Position numbers and translations under genes: made by a program. 62,416 nucleotides of DNA from Patescibacteria group bacterium (GTDB lineage: Bacteria; Patescibacteriota; Microgenomatia; JAMCYU01): contig JAMCYU010000008.1 in assembly GCA_023473585.1 (NCBI GenBank), positions 1-62,416 on the forward strand, in the 5' to 3' direction. Below are positions 17,740 to 27,143 of the stretch, piece after piece. The notes beneath the pieces are model-generated. The model was not told the DNA's origin, searched no databases, and saw only the letters and a list, made by a program, of their open reading frames with translations. Numbering within the stretch: the stretch's first letter is position 1; every line of letters starts with the position of its first letter.

Positions 17740-18396
17740 CGGTTCGACCGCTGTCCTACCCAATTCCTTGGCTTTTTCACGAAAGAAATTTTTTATTTTA
17801 TCTAGGGTCAAGGGCTTAATCATTTTCGGCAAAGTTTCAAAATCCTCAACCTTCAAAAAATCCGAGGACAGATTATAAGCCTCAATTTCCTGATGAAATT
17901 TTATTCGTACTCCTTCAATCAAATCCCAAAGACCAAATTGCGGTTCAAGATAGTAAAGATCAACAAAATCTTTGATGTCTGTTCTTCTAATAATGGTTGA
18001 AAGTTTATTAATCGCAATGTCCAGAAGGCTATCAACGTAAATTCCGTCCTGCAAAATACTTTTTTCAACTCTTTTATAAGAATAATTATTAAAGTCAATT
18101 TTTAAAAACGGCTCTTTGCCAAAATCAAGAAAAAACATATTAACTGTTTCTATTGTTTCTACTTGATATTTAAAATGGTATTCCTCGCTCAAACTATCCA
18201 TAAAGGAAATAATAATTTGCGGGTCGAATTTCTTTTCTGAAAAGATATCAATATCTTCTGAATAACGATGGTGAAGATAAAATTCCGATAAAGCCGTACC
18301 GCCGGTAAAATAGAAATTTTCGCGGATAAAATCGTTTGTCCTTATCCCATCCAGAATGGTTTTTTGTTCTGGGGTGAGGATTGATATTTGCCCCAT
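17737..18396 (-). CDS. AbiEii/DUF1814-type nucleotidyltransferase toxin
   Basis: FTGGTALSEFYLHHRYSEDIDIFS signature. Confidence 0.8.
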   Translation of the reverse strand: MGQISILTPEQKTILDGIRTNDFIRENFYFTGGTALSEFYLHHRYSEDIDIFSEKKFDPQIIISFMDSLSEEYHFKYQVETIETVNMFFLDFGKEPFLKIDFNNYSYKRVEKSILQDGIYVDSLLDIAINKLSTIIRRTDIKDFVDLYYLEPQFGLWDLIEGVRIKFHQEIEAYNLSSDFLKVEDFETLPKMIKPLTLDKIKNFFREKAKELGRTAVEP

Positions 18397-18608
18397 ATTA
18401 AAAGCTCCATAAGCCGTCTTCTCACGGCAAAAAGATTAGGAACTAATTTGTCCCAGTATTTTTTGACCAAAGACAGTTTTATTTTTTTCTTGCCTGGGCC
18501 GTAATTTAACATTCTCTCCAGAATAAAAATCCGACCCTTTTCGGTTTTTTGCAGTTCCTTCTCATCATAATCCCAAAGATAAGCAGAGCTTTTCTGCGAA
18601 TAAACCAT
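18342..18608 (-). CDS. Small partner protein of the AbiEii-like gene (putative antitoxin)
   Basis: 88 aa with YLWDYDEKEL..ILERMLNYGP. From memory this pattern often sits upstream of AbiEii genes. It overlaps the NTase ORF by 55 nt. Confidence 0.5.
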   Translation of the reverse strand: MVYSQKSSAYLWDYDEKELQKTEKGRIFILERMLNYGPGKKKIKLSLVKKYWDKLVPNLFAVRRRLMELLIWGKYQSSPQNKKPFWMG

Positions 18609-18695
18609 ACGGAGATATTATCTCAAATTTACCTTGACTTGACAAGGAGGAGGAGGAGTAAGATATGGAAAATTCTGTCCGGAAAGGAAAAAATT

Positions 18696-18968
18696 ATGTC
18701 ACCAGCCATTGAATGCAAAGATTGTGGTAAAAGATTTAAAACGCCAGTTACAAACAAAGCCACCCCCGAAGAAATGGCAAGGATGATTAACGAGGCTTGT
18801 TGCCATGCTGCTGTCGAATGTTTAGGCGGTCTTTTTATGAAAGGCCCATCAGGAAAACCACACGCAGAAACAATAGCAGCGACTGGGTATTGGTTTGAAC
18901 CAGTTACCGGCCAAACCCAATATGGATTTGAATTTCATCAGAAAAAACCTATCACTAAGGAAAAGTGA
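18696..18968 (+). CDS. Small protein P4 (90 aa), paralog of P3
   Basis: The start is placed at MSPAIECKDCGK because CTGTCCGGAAAGGA (18675-18688) and TTGACAAGG (18642-18650) precede it exactly as for P1. The track ORF from 18549 would run through this leader. Confidence 0.55.
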   Translation: MSPAIECKDCGKRFKTPVTNKATPEEMARMINEACCHAAVECLGGLFMKGPSGKPHAETIAATGYWFEPVTGQTQYGFEFHQKKPITKEK

Positions 18969-18982
18969 TATGCTTTTTTTAT

Positions 18983-20632
18983 CTACCTGTTAAACCATTC
19001 TTCCAAAATCTTTTTGGCAATCGGCGCGGCGACGTTGGAACCTTCACCGCCTCCTTCCACCAAAACGGTTATTGTTAATTCGGGTTCGTCTGCAGGGGCC
19101 GCCTTCGCTGACTTTTCGGCGGGCAAGGGGGCGAAGACCGTAAACCAGGCGTGGGTTTTATTCTGCGGATCGCCGTATTCCGCCGTCCCTGTCTTGCAGG
19201 CCACCGAAATTTTTCTCTCTCCGAACTCCGAACTCTGAACTTTAAACTCAAAAAACGGCCAACCCGTCCCCCCGGTCGAACACGCCTCTTTCATCCCCTC
19301 CTTAATTAAACCGATGGTTTCTTTTTTAAGGCCCAAATCTTTACAGTCCTGGTTTTTCAGTAAAGTCGGCCGGCAAAGCTTGCCGCCATTGGCAATGACA
19401 TTCGTCCAAAAATTCGCCTGGAGGGGCGTCACCTGCAAATCTCCCTGACCAATGGCTAAATGATAGGTGTCGCCCAAATACCACTCGTCCCCGCGGGTTT
19501 TTTTGCGCCACTCCGGCGTCGGCATGACCCCGGCCGCTTCACCGGGCAAGTCAATACCTAAAATTTTGCCGACGCCCATTTTTCCGGCCCATTGAGCCAA
19601 CTTTTCCACTCCCACCCACTCCCCGACTTTATAGAAATAAATGTCGTTTGATCTTTTTAAAGCCGTGACAATATTTAAAAGACCATCGGTTTTGCCGTAC
19701 TGCAGCCAAAACCAATTAGGATATTTATAAGGACCAATCGTAATCACCCCGGTATCCTCAACCAAAGTTTCCTTATCAATTTTTCCGGTTTCCAAACCGG
19801 CGGTGGCCGTGATAATTTTGAAAATTGAACCGGGCGGATAAAGACCGGAAATCGTCCGATCAAACATCGGTTTTTCCAAATCTTCCAGCGTTTTTTGACT
19901 GATTTCGTTAGGATCAAAAGTCGGTGAGGAATATAAGGCTAAAATTTCGCCGGTTTGCGGTTGGGAAACCAAAACGGCGCCCGTTTTTCCTTCCAAAGCG
20001 TCAGCGGCGACTTTTTGAAGGTTTAAATCAATCGTCAAATCCAGTGCCTCTCCGGCAACCGGCTCAATCTTACCTAAAGTTTTAAGTTTAGAGCCGGCCG
20101 CGTCAACTTCAATCAATTCTTTGCCGTCAACACCGCGCAAGGTTTTTTCATGTTGCTCCTCAACACCGGTCCTGCCTTTTAAATCGCCCAGTTTATAATC
20201 CAAGCTTTTTAAGCTTTCGGCGTCAAGTTCCTTATCGGTAACCTCGCCGATATAGCCCAAAACATGAGCTAAAATTCCTCCCCAGGGATATTCTCTTTTT
20301 AAGTCCGTGATTAAACGCCCCGCCTCCGTTCCTCCTTTGGTTTCCATCGCCAAAGCCTCTTCGCGGCTGATGACTTGGCAATCATTTCTTCTTCCCGCTT
20401 GATTGCCGGCATCACATTTTTTATAAACCGGCGTGTTTCTGACCAAAACCTGGCGGTGACGATCATAAATAATGCCCCGAGGGGCTCTGATAAATTTTTC
20501 CTGAATGCGATTACCCTCGGAAAGATCGCGGAAATAACCACCCCGAACCACGGTTAAATCAATTAAACGGATGATCAGAAACCAAAAAGAAAAAATTAAA
20601 AGAAGATAGAAAGGTAAATAGCGCCATCTCAT
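18983..20632 (-). CDS. mrdA: Penicillin-binding protein 2 (elongation transpeptidase)
   Basis: N-terminal TM anchor, then the SxxK (GSIFK), SxN (RSNDIY) and KTGT motifs. Confidence 0.9.
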   Translation of the reverse strand: MRWRYLPFYLLLIFSFWFLIIRLIDLTVVRGGYFRDLSEGNRIQEKFIRAPRGIIYDRHRQVLVRNTPVYKKCDAGNQAGRRNDCQVISREEALAMETKGGTEAGRLITDLKREYPWGGILAHVLGYIGEVTDKELDAESLKSLDYKLGDLKGRTGVEEQHEKTLRGVDGKELIEVDAAGSKLKTLGKIEPVAGEALDLTIDLNLQKVAADALEGKTGAVLVSQPQTGEILALYSSPTFDPNEISQKTLEDLEKPMFDRTISGLYPPGSIFKIITATAGLETGKIDKETLVEDTGVITIGPYKYPNWFWLQYGKTDGLLNIVTALKRSNDIYFYKVGEWVGVEKLAQWAGKMGVGKILGIDLPGEAAGVMPTPEWRKKTRGDEWYLGDTYHLAIGQGDLQVTPLQANFWTNVIANGGKLCRPTLLKNQDCKDLGLKKETIGLIKEGMKEACSTGGTGWPFFEFKVQSSEFGERKISVACKTGTAEYGDPQNKTHAWFTVFAPLPAEKSAKAAPADEPELTITVLVEGGGEGSNVAAPIAKKILEEWFNR

Positions 20633-21045
20633 CTTTCTTGGTTTATCTTAGGAATTTTTTTAAAAAACGGCAAAAAGAAAATAATCAAGACTGAATTTAC
20701 CAGTATTTGCCAGGGAATTAAAACTTGCTTAAAAAGCCAGTGATCAAGAAAAACCGTGATTAAGGATACCGGCCATAAAAAAGCGACTTTATCGGCCCGA
20801 AAGCGATTTTTATAAACATAAATTAAAAAACTGACGGTTAAGAAAAAAAGACTGGAAGAACCCAAAGGTTGACCTTTAAGAATGTCCAAAATAAGACCGG
20901 CGAAAAAGGCCACGACAAAGCCTTCCTCGGCCACTTTTAAAGCCGACCACAAGACAATAACCAGCAAAACCAGGTTCAAAGAAGTCACCGTTGCCTCTAA
21001 CAACGAAAAGAAAAAAATAAGAGAAAAAAGAAAGATTAAGGACAT
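20629..21045 (-). CDS. mreD: Rod shape-determining protein MreD
   Basis: 138-aa polytopic protein between mreC and mrdA, with 1-4 nt overlaps at both ends. Confidence 0.7.
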   Translation of the reverse strand: MSLIFLFSLIFFFSLLEATVTSLNLVLLVIVLWSALKVAEEGFVVAFFAGLILDILKGQPLGSSSLFFLTVSFLIYVYKNRFRADKVAFLWPVSLITVFLDHWLFKQVLIPWQILVNSVLIIFFLPFFKKIPKINQER

Positions 21046-21818
21046 TATTTTAGTAAAAAAACATTTTCCAGTTTGGCAAAGTCTAAAAGCGATTCGACTC
21101 CCGCTTTTTGGAAAGGGTCAACTTCGTTTTTGCTTATTTTCCCGATTTTACCCAGGAGAAGATCGCGCGCGTAGCCGCCTTCCCCTGTCGTCACGACCAA
21201 ATCACCGGTTTCTAAAATTTCCGACTGTAAAACCTTGGTCAAAACGGCTTTGGTGCCGAATTCACCGACGACTAGCCCTCTGGCGCCGGTTTTGAAAGTT
21301 CTCACCGGAATTTTGGAATCAGGATCAATCGGCAAAAGGACCTGACTGGTTTGCGGCGTTACCGCCGTCACTTTTCCCAGTAAAATATTTTCCGAAATAA
21401 CGGTGGCGCCGACTTGAACCTTATCTTTTTCACCTTTATCAATAACCAGATATCTAACCAAGCCCAACGTCTTCGCCGGAAGAAATTGGTAACTGGCCGG
21501 CAACGGCGCCTCCAATTGTTGACGCAGAGCCTTATTTTCCTCTGCCAAAAGCCCCATTTGTAAGGTTTGGTTTTGTAACGTCTTCACTTCTTTTTCAAGC
21601 TTAACAATCTTTTGCTCATTCGTTCGCCAGGAAATTAAAGCCTGAAAGGTTTGCCTTCCTCCCTGCCAGGTTTGGAAAATGCCGCCTCTTAAGGGCAGGG
21701 TAATTTTTTCGGCTAAAACCCTTAAAGGTTTTAACAATCCGGCGTTCTCCGTCAAAATCACAAACAGAGTGATGAAGATAAAAAATAAAAAAAGCGGTAA
21801 AAGTTGTTTCCTCGGCAT
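21045..21818 (-). CDS. mreC: Rod shape-determining protein MreC
   Basis: TM anchor, a coiled coil (KLEKEVKTLQNQTLQM), then a beta-rich domain with GDLVVTTG. Confidence 0.85.
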   Translation of the reverse strand: MPRKQLLPLFLFFIFITLFVILTENAGLLKPLRVLAEKITLPLRGGIFQTWQGGRQTFQALISWRTNEQKIVKLEKEVKTLQNQTLQMGLLAEENKALRQQLEAPLPASYQFLPAKTLGLVRYLVIDKGEKDKVQVGATVISENILLGKVTAVTPQTSQVLLPIDPDSKIPVRTFKTGARGLVVGEFGTKAVLTKVLQSEILETGDLVVTTGEGGYARDLLLGKIGKISKNEVDPFQKAGVESLLDFAKLENVFLLK

Positions 21819-21870
21819 AGGCTAAATTAGATTTTAAGCTTTTACCTTTCAAGAAGCAAGAATTCTTATC

Positions 21871-22449
21871 TTAGGAACGAAGCAGGAAATACCAACCGAT
21901 CCAAAAAACCAGAAAAGAGAGTAAGAAACCGCCTAAAAGCTGCGCGGGGGTGTGTTTATGGCGGACATAACGCGACCAGGCAATCGGCGGCAAAAAAAGA
22001 TAAAGGAAAAAAAACCCGGGAAAAAGATAGTTAAGAATGTTGATAAAAAGCGTGTCAACAAGCAGATGAATGCTTATTTTCCAAAAAAGGGTGATTAAGG
22101 TCGCCAGGAAAAAAGCCAGGGAAAAAATTAAATAAAGATTCCCGGCCAGGCTGTTGCCGAAAAAATAGACAATCATCGTCCCCAGAAAAAAAAGAAACGA
22201 GAGAATTAAATAAAAATTGATTCTTTCCAACCTTTTTGTCATCTCCCAGTCAGAAATCCAGCCTTTTTTCATAAAAATTGTCCATAAAATCGCCGGCACG
22301 ACAAGGTCAATGAAAAAAATCAAAGGCAGAATTAATTTTTCCTGATCAAAGGTAAGATGGGCTTTCAAAATGACCAAAAGCAAAAGCAAAGGAAAAGTGA
22401 AGGACGGATTAAAAAGAAAACTGATCAAGGCCGCTGTTTTCTTTTTCAC
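21871..22449 (-). CDS. Polytopic membrane protein, weak PAP2-phosphatase-like motifs
   Basis: 192 aa with ~6 TM helices. KISIH and SRYVRHKHTPAQ resemble the PAP2 C2/C3 motifs. It overlaps mreB by 4 nt. Confidence 0.45.
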   Translation of the reverse strand: MKKKTAALISFLFNPSFTFPLLLLLVILKAHLTFDQEKLILPLIFFIDLVVPAILWTIFMKKGWISDWEMTKRLERINFYLILSFLFFLGTMIVYFFGNSLAGNLYLIFSLAFFLATLITLFWKISIHLLVDTLFINILNYLFPGFFFLYLFLPPIAWSRYVRHKHTPAQLLGGFLLSFLVFWIGWYFLLRS

Positions 22450-23516
22450 CGTAAGCCTCCGGTCACTCTGACTTGAGCCAGCAACGCCTCATCTTCCAAG
22501 ACCTTACCGCAACCCTTAACGACACAGGTTTGCGGATCATCGGCTCGCCAGACCGGCATTTTCGTCTCTTGAGCGACCAATTTTTCCATTCCCGCCAAAA
22601 GCGAACCGCCGCCGGCCAAGGCTAAACCTCTTTCCATTAAATCACCAACCAGCTCCGGCGGTGTCTCTTCGATAATTTCCGCAATCCCTTCCGTAATTTC
22701 GTTCAAAACCGGCGCCAAAGCTTCGCGTATCTCGGCGCTGCCGATTTTAATCGATTTGGGCAACCCGGTTTCCAGGTCGCGGCCTCTTATAACCGTGTTT
22801 TTTTCTTCAGCCAAGGGATAAGCCGAACCGATTTGCATTTTAACCTCTTCGGCGGTCGTCTCGCCGATTAAAAGGGAATATTTAAGACGGCAAAAAGCAA
22901 TAATCGCCTCGTCCATTTCATCGCCGGCAGTTCGTAAACACCTGGAAACGACAATTCCGCCCAAAGAAATGACCGCCATCTCCGTCGTTCCCCCGCCGAT
23001 GTCACAGATAAAAGACCCGCCGGCATCTTTAATGGGTAAACCGGCCCCGATCGCAGCCGCCATCGGCTCTTCAATTAAATAGGCCTTGCGGGCGCCGGCC
23101 GCCAAAGCCGCTTCCTGAACCGCCCGTCGCTCCACTTCGGTCACCCCGGAAGGAATCCCGATGACCACTCTTGGCCGAGCCACCGTCGGCATAAAATTTC
23201 TGGGGAATTGGTCAGGATCAGCTCTTTGGTGGACTTTCTTAATATAAGAGGTTAAAATCGCTTCCGTCGCGTCAAAATCAGCAATGACGCCGTCGCGCAA
23301 AGGCCGGAAAGCTTCGATCGTTCCCGGCGTTTTTCCCATCATTTTTTTGGCTTCAAAACCAATGGCTAGGATTCTTTTCGTTTTTTTTTGTCTGGCCACA
23401 CACGAAGGTTCGCGGATGACAATCCCCTTGCCTTTAACCAAAACGAGGATATTGGCCGTCCCCAAATCAATGGCTAAATCATGGGAAAATAAGGCAAAGA
23501 TGGAATCGAACATCAT
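22446..23516 (-). CDS. mreB: Rod shape-determining protein MreB
   Basis: Actin-fold motifs DLGTANILV, IPSGVTEVERRAV and DIGGGTTE. Confidence 0.95.
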   Translation of the reverse strand: MMFDSIFALFSHDLAIDLGTANILVLVKGKGIVIREPSCVARQKKTKRILAIGFEAKKMMGKTPGTIEAFRPLRDGVIADFDATEAILTSYIKKVHQRADPDQFPRNFMPTVARPRVVIGIPSGVTEVERRAVQEAALAAGARKAYLIEEPMAAAIGAGLPIKDAGGSFICDIGGGTTEMAVISLGGIVVSRCLRTAGDEMDEAIIAFCRLKYSLLIGETTAEEVKMQIGSAYPLAEEKNTVIRGRDLETGLPKSIKIGSAEIREALAPVLNEITEGIAEIIEETPPELVGDLMERGLALAGGGSLLAGMEKLVAQETKMPVWRADDPQTCVVKGCGKVLEDEALLAQVRVTGGLR

Positions 23517-23566
23517 GATTAAAAATCATTTTATCACATCCCAATTTTTTGTGATATACTAGGCTC

Positions 23567-25642
23567 ATGAAAGTGAGCCGGCTTTGTGAGCGAGTGATCG
23601 TCTTTGGCTTTTCTTCTCTCTTTTTCTTCATCCCCCTGCTTTTAACGCCTCTTAATTACGAGCTTTTTGAATATAACAAAATGATGGCTGTTTACGCTTT
23701 AACGACGCTTATCGTCGTCGCCTGGCTTGGCAAAATGGTCGGTCAAAAGAAGATAATTTTTCAAAGGACCCCCTTTGATCTGCCAATTCTGCTCTTTTTC
23801 ACAACGCAATTATTAAGTACCTTTGTTTCATTAGATCGGCACGTTTCGCTTTGGGGCTATTATTCGCGCTTTCACGGCGGTTTGATCTCAACTATAAGTT
23901 ACCTTCTTCTTTATTACGCTTTGGTCAGTAATCTCGATCGCGAAAGGGTCATTAAACTTTTCAAAATCTCTTTATTGTCAGGCTTGCTCGTTTCTTTTTA
24001 CGGCTTTTTGGAGCATTTCGGGATTGACAAAGATCTTTGGGTTCAGGACGTCATGAATCGGGTTTTCTCAACTTTGGGTCAGCCGAATTGGCTCGCCGCT
24101 TATCTTGTCATTCTTTTACCCTTAACCTGGGCATTCATTCTCATTTCCGATGGTAAATCATGGGTGATGGATCGAAGGACAATCTTCTATTATCTAGTAT
24201 CTATAATCTATTATTTGACGCTTCTTTTTACCAAATCCCGTTCGGGTCTTATCGCTTTCGGTCTTACTTATTTGCTTTTTTGGAGCGGCTTTTTTGTTGC
24301 CAATAAACAAAATTTAAAAGTTATCTTGCGTCCTTTTCTTTTCCTTACGCTTTCTTATTTTTTCCTTCTTTTAATCGTCGGCACCCCCTGGACACCGAAA
24401 ATCCAGGAGTTTATTGTAAAACCGGCCCAAACTGCCGTTTTAAAACCCTTGGGAACCGCCATGGAAACCGGCGGCACCGAGTCGGGAGAGATCAGAAAAA
24501 TCGTTTGGAAGGGAGCCTGGGATATTGCCCGCCATTACCCGCTTTTCGGCTCCGGGGTGGAAACCTTTGCTTATGCTTATTATCAATATCGTCCCCAAGA
24601 ACACAATTTGGTCTCCGAATGGGACTTTTTATACAATAAAGCGCATAACGAATATCTAAACTACGCAGCGACGACCGGCTTCGTCGGTTTGGGAAGCTAT
24701 TTACTCTTGATCGGGTGGATCATCGTGTGGAACACCAAGAAAATTTTCAATTTTAAATTAGACCAATTAGAAATTAGACCAATTAGAAATTTGTTAATCG
24801 CTCTTTTCTCCGGTTGGCTCTCGATTTTAATCACCAACTTTTTCGGCTTTTCCGTCGTCACCGTCGCCCTTTACTTTTACTTGATTCCGGGGATGAGTTG
24901 GCTTATTTTCACCAAACAAAACACGGAAAAAGCAATCCCGCAAAATCCTTTGTCGCCAAAACAAAAAGTTTTTTTGCTTCTTTTAGTGTTTTCTCTTTTT
25001 TCTTTTCTTTTTTCACTGGGCAGAATGTGGTATGCCGACACGGTTTTTAACAAAGGTTATCTTTTAACCAAGTCCGACTCTTATAAAGACGCTTATTTTG
25101 CTTATCATGAGGCTATAAATCTTAATCAGGGCGAACCCTTTTACCGGGATGAACTTGCCTATACGGCGGCACTTTTAGCTTCGGCGGCCTGGGAACAAAA
25201 AGAAGCCACTGTCTCTTCGCAATTGGCCGACGAAGCGATTGCCCAAAATAAATTAGCCTTAAAGATTTCACCTTTCAACGTCAATTTTTGGAAAACCCAA
25301 ACTAAGGTTTATTATACCTTAGCCACGATTGATCCCAAATATAACGAGGACGCTTTGACGGCCATTATGAAGGCGCAAAAACTGGCGCCGACGGACGCGA
25401 AAATTTCTTACAATCTGGCTCTGCTTTATGGCAGAAACAATAATCCCAAAATGGCGATCAAAACTTTAGAAGATACCGTTTCCCTAAAGCCAAATTATCA
25501 GGACGCGCGGTTCGCTTTGGCCTTGTATTATAAAGAGGCCGGCCGCCAAGATGAGGCCATAATTCAGCTTCGGTATATTTTGGAAAAAATCTCAAGTGAT
25601 GCCGCTTCGGTTAAAGACAAACTCAAAGAATGGGGTCAATGA
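23567..25642 (+). CDS. O-antigen ligase/Wzy_C-like polytopic protein with C-terminal TPR repeats
   Basis: More than 10 TM helices, TKSRSGLIAF and HNEYLNYAATTG, and TPR-like repeats in the last ~200 aa. Confidence 0.8.
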   Translation: MKVSRLCERVIVFGFSSLFFFIPLLLTPLNYELFEYNKMMAVYALTTLIVVAWLGKMVGQKKIIFQRTPFDLPILLFFTTQLLSTFVSLDRHVSLWGYYSRFHGGLISTISYLLLYYALVSNLDRERVIKLFKISLLSGLLVSFYGFLEHFGIDKDLWVQDVMNRVFSTLGQPNWLAAYLVILLPLTWAFILISDGKSWVMDRRTIFYYLVSIIYYLTLLFTKSRSGLIAFGLTYLLFWSGFFVANKQNLKVILRPFLFLTLSYFFLLLIVGTPWTPKIQEFIVKPAQTAVLKPLGTAMETGGTESGEIRKIVWKGAWDIARHYPLFGSGVETFAYAYYQYRPQEHNLVSEWDFLYNKAHNEYLNYAATTGFVGLGSYLLLIGWIIVWNTKKIFNFKLDQLEIRPIRNLLIALFSGWLSILITNFFGFSVVTVALYFYLIPGMSWLIFTKQNTEKAIPQNPLSPKQKVFLLLLVFSLFSFLFSLGRMWYADTVFNKGYLLTKSDSYKDAYFAYHEAINLNQGEPFYRDELAYTAALLASAAWEQKEATVSSQLADEAIAQNKLALKISPFNVNFWKTQTKVYYTLATIDPKYNEDALTAIMKAQKLAPTDAKISYNLALLYGRNNNPKMAIKTLEDTVSLKPNYQDARFALALYYKEAGRQDEAIIQLRYILEKISSDAASVKDKLKEWGQ

Positions 25643-26673
25643 AAGAAGCGATTCTCTACGAAAAACTAAAAGATGCCTCGGTACGCTGTCATGTCTGTCG
25701 GCGTCAGTGTTTAATTGCCAAGGATCAGGTTGGTTACTGTCAAACCAGAAAAAATTTTGCGGGCAAGCTTTATACGACTGTTTACGGCTTAGTCTCTTCC
25801 TGTTATAACGATCCGATCGAAAAAAAACCGGTTTTCCATTTTAAACCGGGCTCCTTATGTTTTTCCCTGGGGACTTTCGGCTGTAACTTTCGCTGTCGCT
25901 TTTGTCAAAACTGGGAAATCGCCTATGCCGACCCTTCAGCCAAAAACTTTAAGGCTGAAACTTCTAAACTGCAAATAACGCCGGGGGCAGCCTGCAAAAT
26001 GGCTCTTATACAGGACGCCAAAGGTATTGCCTTAACCTACAACGAGCCGGTAATCTGGCTTGAATACGGCCTCGATCTGTTCAAATTGGCCAAAGCGGAA
26101 AACCTTTATACGGTTTGGGTCACCAACGGTTATGCAAGTCAGGAAGCAATTGATCAAATTGCTCCCTATCTTGATGTGTATCGGGTCGATTTAAAATCCC
26201 TTGACGATAAATTCTATCAGCAATTAATCAAAATCCCCCGGGCGGCGGACATTTTCAAAATGACCAAATATGTCCATGATCAATATCCCAAGATTCATCT
26301 TGAGACCGTCACTAATATTGTCCCCGGTTGGAATGATGGCCCCAAAATGCTTACCAAAATCGCCCGGTTTATTAAGGAAAATTTGGGCGTTAAAACGCCA
26401 TGGCACGTTACCCGTTTTTACCCTGATGCCGAAATGCAGGACGTCCCGCCGACTCCCGAAGCAACGCTTTTTAGAGCCAGAGAGATCGGCCTGAAAGAGG
26501 GCTTAAAATTCGTTTATATCGGCAATTTAGCGGTTGAGGGAGAAGACGACACTTTTTGCCCCAAATGCGGCCAATTGGCGATTAAAAGAGACGGCTATCA
26601 AGTCGAAATTTTAGGCGTTGACCAAAAAGGCCATTGTCTAAAATGCCAAGATGACTTAAAAATTATAATGTGA
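25639..26673 (+). CDS. AmmeMemoRadiSam-system radical SAM enzyme
   Basis: N-terminal Cys cluster CHVCRRQC..GYC and CNFRCRFCQN. The start at MKEAIL gives an ATGA overlap with the upstream stop. Confidence 0.85.
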   Translation: MKEAILYEKLKDASVRCHVCRRQCLIAKDQVGYCQTRKNFAGKLYTTVYGLVSSCYNDPIEKKPVFHFKPGSLCFSLGTFGCNFRCRFCQNWEIAYADPSAKNFKAETSKLQITPGAACKMALIQDAKGIALTYNEPVIWLEYGLDLFKLAKAENLYTVWVTNGYASQEAIDQIAPYLDVYRVDLKSLDDKFYQQLIKIPRAADIFKMTKYVHDQYPKIHLETVTNIVPGWNDGPKMLTKIARFIKENLGVKTPWHVTRFYPDAEMQDVPPTPEATLFRAREIGLKEGLKFVYIGNLAVEGEDDTFCPKCGQLAIKRDGYQVEILGVDQKGHCLKCQDDLKIIM

Positions 26674-26687
26674 TAGGATAATTTTAT

Positions 26688-27140
26688 ATGAATGAATTCA
26701 GTGAAACGCCAGTAAAAAGCAGCAACCCGGTCAGACAATTTTTGGGAAAAGTTTTTGATGCCATGGATCCGGTCCCTCCGGTGCCAAAAGAAAATATCAC
26801 TCCCCAGATCACGGCCCAAAGACTCCTTGAGAATATGGGAAATCCGATCAGAGAAAAAGTTCTCGGCCAAGACACTTATTGGGACAATCCGTTTTCTCTA
26901 AGAGACGTTTTAGCTGCCTTAGGACATATCCCTCTTTTTACTGCTCAAGATCACTTTGACGTCTTTCCCCAGGAATGTCAAGCAACCGGAAAAGCTCTGC
27001 AAGAATTGGTTAATCGGGGCGCTTTGCAAATTGTTCCCCAAGAAAAAGCCGATCGTTATAATCAAAGAGTTTATTGGCGCGTTATTGATGAAGCAAAATT
27101 AAAAGAAATCGCCCGGGGAAAACCAACAGCTAAACCTTAA
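26688..27140 (+). CDS. Hypothetical protein (150 aa) inside the AmmeMemoRadiSam cluster
   Basis: Track ORF. No motif recognised. Confidence 0.5.
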   Translation: MNEFSETPVKSSNPVRQFLGKVFDAMDPVPPVPKENITPQITAQRLLENMGNPIREKVLGQDTYWDNPFSLRDVLAALGHIPLFTAQDHFDVFPQECQATGKALQELVNRGALQIVPQEKADRYNQRVYWRVIDEAKLKEIARGKPTAKP

Positions 27141-27143
27141 ATT

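Noticed and set aside
18549-18695. N-terminal 49-codon extension of P4 given by the ORF track
   Set aside because: The extension would read through the TTGACAAGG box and the CTGTCCGGAAAGGA leader/SD that P4 shares with P1 and P2. The ATG at 18696 matches the paralog start MSPAIE.
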